A stretch of 64,000 nt of DNA from Nitrososphaerales archaeon (GTDB lineage Archaea > Thermoproteota > Nitrososphaeria > Nitrososphaerales > UBA213), in contig CBDAOC010000020.1 of the NCBI GenBank assembly GCA_965197925.1, positions 448,001 through 512,000 of the forward strand, written 5' to 3'. The translations under genes were made by a program, and so were the position numbers. A model generated the notes under the pieces. That model was not told the DNA's origin, ran no database searches, and saw only the letters and a program-made list of their open reading frames with translations. Below, piece by piece: positions 57,982 to 64,000 of this stretch. The number at the start of each line of letters is the position of its first letter. Positions within the stretch are counted from its first letter, which is position 1.

Positions 57982-59211
57982 TTGCAATCTTTCTCACAGT
58001 CAGATTTAACAGCGCAAACGCTACTGCTTGCAGCAAGATTAGTAATCTTTCTTGGGGTAGCTGGAGAATCATTTTTCCGAAAAACTGGAATTCCTGACGT
58101 TACATTTCTCATGATATTTGGAGTAATTCTAGGTCCAGTATTTGGAATAGTAGATCATGAAGCAGTATTAAAAAGTGCCGTATTTTGCTGCGTTGGCTTT
58201 GATAATGATAATGTTTGATGGAGGGCTCAGTTTGGATATACGAAATGTTATAAGAACTGCACACTTCGCGGTATTGATTTCGATATTAGGTTTTGCAGTT
58301 TCTGTGCTAATGGTAACATTACTTGCAATTTATGGACTGGGCTGGCAATTGCTAGATAGCATATTGCTTGGATCAATTGTAGGAGGAAGCAGCTCGATCG
58401 TAGTTTTTGGTTTAATCAGAAAGTTACACGTTTCGGATGAGACAAAATCAATTTTAGGTTTGGAATCATCCATAACGGATATCTTGGCAACAATAGCAGC
58501 TTTTATACTGTTTGACATAGTGATAACAGGTCAGTTCGATCCTAACTTGGTTGGATTTATAGCCGCAAAGGCTATCGCTGTTGGTTTAGTCCTTGGTTTT
58601 GGGGTAGGAATACCTTGGATGTATGTAACCACGAGGCTTCCGAACGCTCAGCATTCCTACATGCTTACCATTGGTATTCTTTTTGTGCTTTTCTTCGTAG
58701 CAAACTCACTAGGAGAATCTGGAGCCCTTACGGCATTGATATTTGGTATGATGGTTGGAAATAGAAAACATCTATCCAGGTGTCTTAGATGCAACCTTCA
58801 AGAGATATCAATTGATAACTCTTTTCATGAACAGCTGACATTTTTAGTAAGAGTATTTTTCTTCGTATTTATTGGGTTGATAGCAAGCTTCGGACAAATA
58901 GAGTATTCATATTTGGAATAGTAGCAGCTGTTGTGATTTATTTAGGAAGAAGGGGAGTGATAAGGATCTCTCTAACGAGAAGATTCTCAATAGTTGAGAG
59001 GAAGATTTCGTCGGTTATGATTCCCAGAGGCTTAGCTGCCGCAGTATTGGCTACGTACCCCATTACGCTTGGGCTACCAAACGCAGAGGCTTATCCGGAA
59101 ATTGTATTCGTAATAATAATGGCAACATTGATAATAACTACAATAGGTCTTGGCAAGGCGAGAAAGATTTCAGACCATGTCAGTAATACCACAAAGATTG
59201 ACCCGGCCTAG
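57982..59211 (+). pseudogene. CPA1/NhaP-type cation:proton antiporter, two frameshifts
   Basis: GIPDV, MFDGGL, LESSITDI, FFFVFIG, PRGLAAAVLA. Confidence 0.85.
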
Positions 59212-59357
59212 ATGAATATGTGTCCGAATGTACATATCACCATCTAATCACTCTCTCGTTGAATTATTGGAAAAGTCCAAACCTATAGCAGGATTTTTGA
59301 TTATGAGTAATGTTCGTGATAATAAAAAGTCATTATTATTCCGCATGCCTTTTTGTA

Positions 59358-59761
59358 AAGGTTATCCAATTTAACCTCCCTAACCTATAACACCATTCTT
59401 TTGTGTTGTTACAACATTATTTTATATTATTGATCAAGGATTTAACACAGCAAACCTACCAAGGATTTTTCCCGCTTTCAAGTCTTCAAATGCCTCCGTT
59501 GCCTGTGATAAGCTTGAAGGTCTTTGCAACAATAGGATTAATTGCACTTGCTCTTTTTGGCAAGGTTATCCAATTTAACCTCCCTAACCTATAACACCAT
59601 TCTTTTGTGTTGTTACAACATTATTTTATATTATTGATCAAGGATTTAACACAGCCCTACCAAGGATTTTTCCCGCTTTCAAGTCTTCAAATGCCTCCGT
59701 TGCCTGTCTAAGCTTGAAGGTCTTTGCAACAATAGGATTAATTGCACTTCTCTTGGCAAGG
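59358..59761. repeat. Imperfect tandem duplication (~204-bp unit) of the ADH 3' end and downstream sequence
   Basis: Units begin AAGGTTATCCAATTTAACC at 59358 and 59562. Confidence 0.9.
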
Positions 59762-60692
59762 CCAACTAGATCATTGAGATCTACAAGTCTTCCAGTGTAG
59801 GAACCTATTATGTTATACGAACGGAGTGGAATTAATGGGAGGTTCAGCTCGATGGAACCACCAAACAAACCAACAAGCACAAGCTTTCCCCTCTTCCTGA
59901 GCATATTGATACCGGGTTCAACTGTTTTTGGGGCATTCACAAAATCAACAAACAGCTTCAACACCATGGCCGTTCGACAAATCCTTTACCTGTTTTACCG
60001 CATCACCAGATCTGGAATTTATGCTGTAATCGGCACCGAGCTTCTTTGCTTGTTGAAGTCTTTTATCATCAATATCGACCGCTATTATTGTTGGGTTGAG
60101 TAATGCCCTTGCTATCTGGACCGCCATCAAACCTAAACCGCCAATACCTATTATCACCATGGTCTGTTTGGGAGACGTATTCGCATTCTTAACAGCAGTG
60201 TATGATGTTAGACCAGAACATGCTAGAGATTAAACGGCATCTGCATCAAGATCGTCAATTCTCACCAGGTACTTTTCGTCTGGTACAAGTACCTCTTCGG
60301 CATAGCCTCCTTACTGGAAGATTCCCAGTGATTTGGGATTGTCGCATATATGTTCGTCTCCGACTTGGCATGCAGGACATGTACCATCTCCAATCCACGG
60401 ATAAACCAGAACACGTTCCCCCTTTTTGAATCCCTTGACATCCCTTCCAATATTTTCTATCTTCCCTGCAATTTCATGTCCAAGGGTTAACGGAAATTTA
60501 ACACCTCTTTCTTCAACATTCATGATTTCCCCCTTTTGCCCCCTCATATCCACCTTCCCAGATGTGGATATCGCTGTGACATACTCCATCAGATGTTATG
60601 TCTACAAGAACTTGTTTTCCTCGGGGTATTGGAGTCTTTAGATTTCTAACCTCCAAGAGTTGCTTTGGTCTTACTACCTGAGCAGCTTTCAT
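59638..60692 (-). pseudogene. Zn-dependent (MDR) alcohol dehydrogenase, multiple frameshifts
   Basis: MKAAQ start at 60692; LGHEIAG, C.ACQVGDEHIC, GIGGLG, GRAVL in different frames. Confidence 0.9.
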
Positions 60693-61201
60693 ACATTACT
60701 CTCCTTTTTTACAAGAACAACTTTTGCATCTTCCTCTCCTTGTTTTATCAATTGCTTTATCGTTACAATGTATTCGTTCAGAACATTCTTCAATGGTGTA
60801 ATGTCATAAAGGTAAGGCCACATGTGCGGAAAGAAATAATCTGGACTTGGTGTAAACCATTTTGGTGCAAAAGCGTTTGGGTTGCCCCACACAGCAGCAT
60901 ACATTGATGATACAACAGATCTCATGTTATCTGGTAATAATGATGGTGTGACTCTCTCCGACAGAGTAAGCCAAAAATCCTCCAGAGCCTTTGCTGGATC
61001 GTTATTTTCCGTACCAGCTATTATTGCTGCATTAATAGCTCCAATAGAAGTACCAGCAACCACATCAAACTTAATACCATGTTTGGCAAGAATCTTGTAT
61101 ACACCGCACTCATATGCCCCCAATGAACCACCGCCCTGCATTACAAGGACCGTTTCCAATTGCAGTTTATGATCACATTTCAATGATAATTCTTGCTTCA
61201 A
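60689..61201 (-). pseudogene. Patatin-like phospholipase with internal deletion (catalytic Asp region missing)
   Basis: GGGSLG and GTSIG, then a jump to the C-terminal tail TIKQLIKQGEEDA. Confidence 0.8.
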
Positions 61202-63521
61202 TCCAGGTTTAGAATGTATTAGATATATTAAAACCCATTCTTTAATTGTCGTAAATGTTTCTCAAGGGATAAAACATATCCTAATATGGTAGCGTTAGCT
61301 GGAGTTGTACGTGACAGTAAAATCAATCAACCCGGCAACTGAAGAGGTTATAGCAGAGTATGAAATAATGACGAAGGAGCAGGTAATAAGTACTGTAAAA
61401 AGAGCACGAACTGCTTTTGAAGAATGGAGAAAGACCATACGTGAAAGAGCTGGTTTTCTTTATACTTTTGCTAATGAATTAAGGAAGGATAGGGATCACC
61501 TTGCCAGAATTGCTACAAGTGAAATGGGTAAGCCAATAAACGAAGCTAGATCTGAAGTAGACAAGTGTGCATGGGCAATGGAATTCTTTGCCGACCACGG
61601 GTCTATTTTTACCAATGATGAGGTAATTAACACAGATGCTAGGAAGAGTTTCATAACTTTTGAACCTCTGGGTGTGATTGGGAGTATAATGCCATGGAAT
61701 TTCCCATATTGGCAGGCATTGAGGTTTGCTGCTCCTTCTTTAATGGTGGGCAATACCATCGTGCTGAAGCCTGCGAGCGCAACTCTACAATGTGGAATTG
61801 AGATGGCAAAGGCATTCCAAAATGTAGGTTTACCTGATGGAGTATTCCAATCGGTTATTGGAGATTCCAGTACCGCAGAAGGATTGATAGATTCTGATAT
61901 TAATGCTATAACCTTCACAGGCAGTGTTCCAGTTGGAGCTAAAGTAGCACAGAGAGCAACTTCTCAGTTAAAGAAATGCGTCCTTGAACTTGGCGGAAGT
62001 GATCCATTCATAGTTTGCGACGATGCCGACATCGAGAAGGCGTCCAGTGGTGCTGTGAAGGGACGTTTTATTAATTGTGGGCAGAGTTGTATTGCCTCGA
62101 AACGGTTTTTTGTTGTAAAAAAAGTCGCAAATGATTTCATTGAAAAATTCACTCAGAAAACGGAGAAACTTAAGGTTGGAGATCCTCTTTCTGATGATAC
62201 TGATATAGGTCCCATGGTGAATGCCAAAGGTTTACAGGGTATAGATGATTTGGTTAAAGATGCTATCGATAAAGGTGCTGAGGTTCTTACAGGAGGCAAA
62301 CGGACAGAGAGCAAAGGTTACTTTTACAGTCCAACTGTTCTAGACAAGGTCTCTCCAAAGATGCGGATAGCGTCTGAGGAAACCTTTGGTCCAGTTGCAC
62401 CGATAACTGTTGTCGAGGATGAAATGGAGGTAATTAGATTAGCGAATAATTCTAAATTCGGTCTTGGCGCAAGCATATGGACGCAAGATCTTGACAAGGC
62501 AGAAAAATTGTCAAGGTTGATAGAATCTGGCCTAGTAAGTGTTAACAACGTGGTGATTTCAGATCCAAGGATTCCATTCGGTGGTATTAAGAATAGTGGT
62601 TTTGGTAGAGAGCTTTCGAGATATGGTATGTTAGAGTTTGTTAACATCAAGTCGGTGAGGTTCTATGATCAATTAGTTCATCATCATTATGTGGAGTAGC
62701 TTTAATCTAACCGCTACTCTTTATAATCACCTATACGCTGGATTCACGAATATTATAATACCTCACACATCTGTGTAATTCTAGATGAAATTTTTAGTGG
62801 ATATGTTGAATGAAAAGATACAAGATGCGTGTTAATGGTACACCATTTTTCTCTGACAATTTATATTCCTCTTACTTATGAAGGGAAATAAGAATATTTA
62901 TGTGCTGTACGCTCTTTGTTGCATTGAAGCCCATAAGTTGTTTGTTTTAGGAATACTACCTTATGCACCATCACCTGTAGAATAAATTTCAATCTTAACT
63001 TTAATCCAATCCATCATATTTGTATAAGTTAATTCCCGAGAATAATTTACAACGGATAAAGTGCAAATTTTGATACTTGTATACATATTTAATTTGGGTT
63101 AAAGGAGGAAATATCTATGAAAAAAGAAGAATCATGCCCTGAAACGGTCCTTGTAATGCAGGGCGGTGGTTCATTGGGGGCATATGAGTGCGGTGTATAC
63201 AAGATTCTTGCCAAACATGGTATTAAGTTTGATGTGGTTGCTGGTACTTCTATTGGAGCTATTAATGCAGCAATAATAGCTGGTACGGAAAATAACGATC
63301 CAGCAAAGGCTCTGGAGGATTTTTGGCTTACTCTGTCGGAGAGAGTCACACCATCATTATTACCAGATAACATGAGATCTGTTGTATCATCAATGTATGC
63401 TGCTGTGTGGGGCAACCCAAACGCTTTTGCACCAAAATGGTTTACACCAAGTCCAGATTATTTCTTTCCGCACATGTGGCCTTACCTTTATGACATTACA
63501 CCATTGAAGAATGTTCTGAAC
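60776..63521. repeat. 381-bp inverted repeat (60776-61156 / 63141-63521)
   Basis: Arms appear identical by eye; antisense shadow ORFs are identical too. Confidence 0.9.
61305..62699 (+). CDS. NAD(P)-dependent aldehyde dehydrogenase (succinate-semialdehyde dehydrogenase-like)
   Basis: MPWNFP, FTGS, LELGGSDP, GQSCIA, EETFGP, PFGGIKNSGFGRE. Confidence 0.93.
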   Translation: MYVTVKSINPATEEVIAEYEIMTKEQVISTVKRARTAFEEWRKTIRERAGFLYTFANELRKDRDHLARIATSEMGKPINEARSEVDKCAWAMEFFADHGSIFTNDEVINTDARKSFITFEPLGVIGSIMPWNFPYWQALRFAAPSLMVGNTIVLKPASATLQCGIEMAKAFQNVGLPDGVFQSVIGDSSTAEGLIDSDINAITFTGSVPVGAKVAQRATSQLKKCVLELGGSDPFIVCDDADIEKASSGAVKGRFINCGQSCIASKRFFVVKKVANDFIEKFTQKTEKLKVGDPLSDDTDIGPMVNAKGLQGIDDLVKDAIDKGAEVLTGGKRTESKGYFYSPTVLDKVSPKMRIASEETFGPVAPITVVEDEMEVIRLANNSKFGLGASIWTQDLDKAEKLSRLIESGLVSVNNVVISDPRIPFGGIKNSGFGRELSRYGMLEFVNIKSVRFYDQLVHHHYVE

Positions 63522-64000
63522 AAGTATGTTGATTATACAAAACTCAAAAGCCCCGACAGACCTAGGCTCATTATAACTTCTACCGATATACAAGAAAGCA
63601 AAGCCGTTACCTTCGACAGTAAACATATGAACATAGATGCAGAACATGTACTGGCAAGTGCAGGTTATCCATTCTATGGCATAGCATGGGTAGAAAAGGA
63701 TGATAGATATCTCTGGGATGGAAGTTTGCTTAGTAACACCCCACTACGAGAAGTGATAAACGCCTCGCCAAAATGCGATAAAAAGGTATTCATCATTAGC
63801 TTATTTCCACGAATTCATCACAACCTTCCAGAAAACATGATGGATTCTTGGCACAGAGCCAGGGATATAATGCATACGGACAAGACAGAACACAATGTAA
63901 GAATGTCAAAGATAATTACACGATATTTAAAACTTTTAAAGGAAATGCATGAAATGTTAAACACTGCCAATCTTGACGAAAAGACCAAAGCAAGGTTTAA
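63117..64000 (+). CDS. Patatin-like phospholipase (3' partial)
   Basis: ATG 63117 after AAGGAGG; GGGSLG, GTSIG, WDGSLLSNTP; open to window end. Confidence 0.9.
   Translation, partial: MKKEESCPETVLVMQGGGSLGAYECGVYKILAKHGIKFDVVAGTSIGAINAAIIAGTENNDPAKALEDFWLTLSERVTPSLLPDNMRSVVSSMYAAVWGNPNAFAPKWFTPSPDYFFPHMWPYLYDITPLKNVLNKYVDYTKLKSPDRPRLIITSTDIQESKAVTFDSKHMNIDAEHVLASAGYPFYGIAWVEKDDRYLWDGSLLSNTPLREVINASPKCDKKVFIISLFPRIHHNLPENMMDSWHRARDIMHTDKTEHNVRMSKIITRYLKLLKEMHEMLNTANLDEKTKARF

Noticed and set aside
53..63647. Numerous antisense ORFs over real genes (e.g. 53-382, 9317-9802, 61496-61918)
   Set aside because: Shadow frames of well-supported CDSs
1..64000. CRISPR array or cas genes
   Set aside because: No regularly spaced repeats with unique spacers and no cas motifs seen

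Overview
Archaeal chromosomal segment, most likely Nitrososphaerota (Thaumarchaeota). Support for this is Orc1/Cdc6, TFB, aIF-1A, GGGP synthase, tRNAs with BHB introns and a PEFG-CTERM-like tail. The window contains a probable replication origin: cdc6, an AT-rich tract and two ORB boxes. Three small predicted DNA-binding genes follow it, one of them membrane-anchored. Two different short motifs (TGTTAA(C) and ATCAC) are strongly clustered there. This origin-linked module is the best candidate for an undescribed system. Core genes are intact (glyA, gdhA, tfb, cdc6, cbiE, aIF-1A, ALDH). Many accessory genes are broken by frameshifts, nonsense codons, deletions or IS insertions. There are about 15 IS copies or remnants (several IS5-like families, an IS4/IS5-like family, IS630, and an IS6-like element with passenger genes). 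Also present: three tRNAs (two with introns at non-canonical position 30/31), a DCD-domain/methyltransferase fusion, integrase relics, and a 381-bp inverted patatin duplication flanking an aldehyde dehydrogenase. All family calls come from reading motifs by eye; no searches were run.
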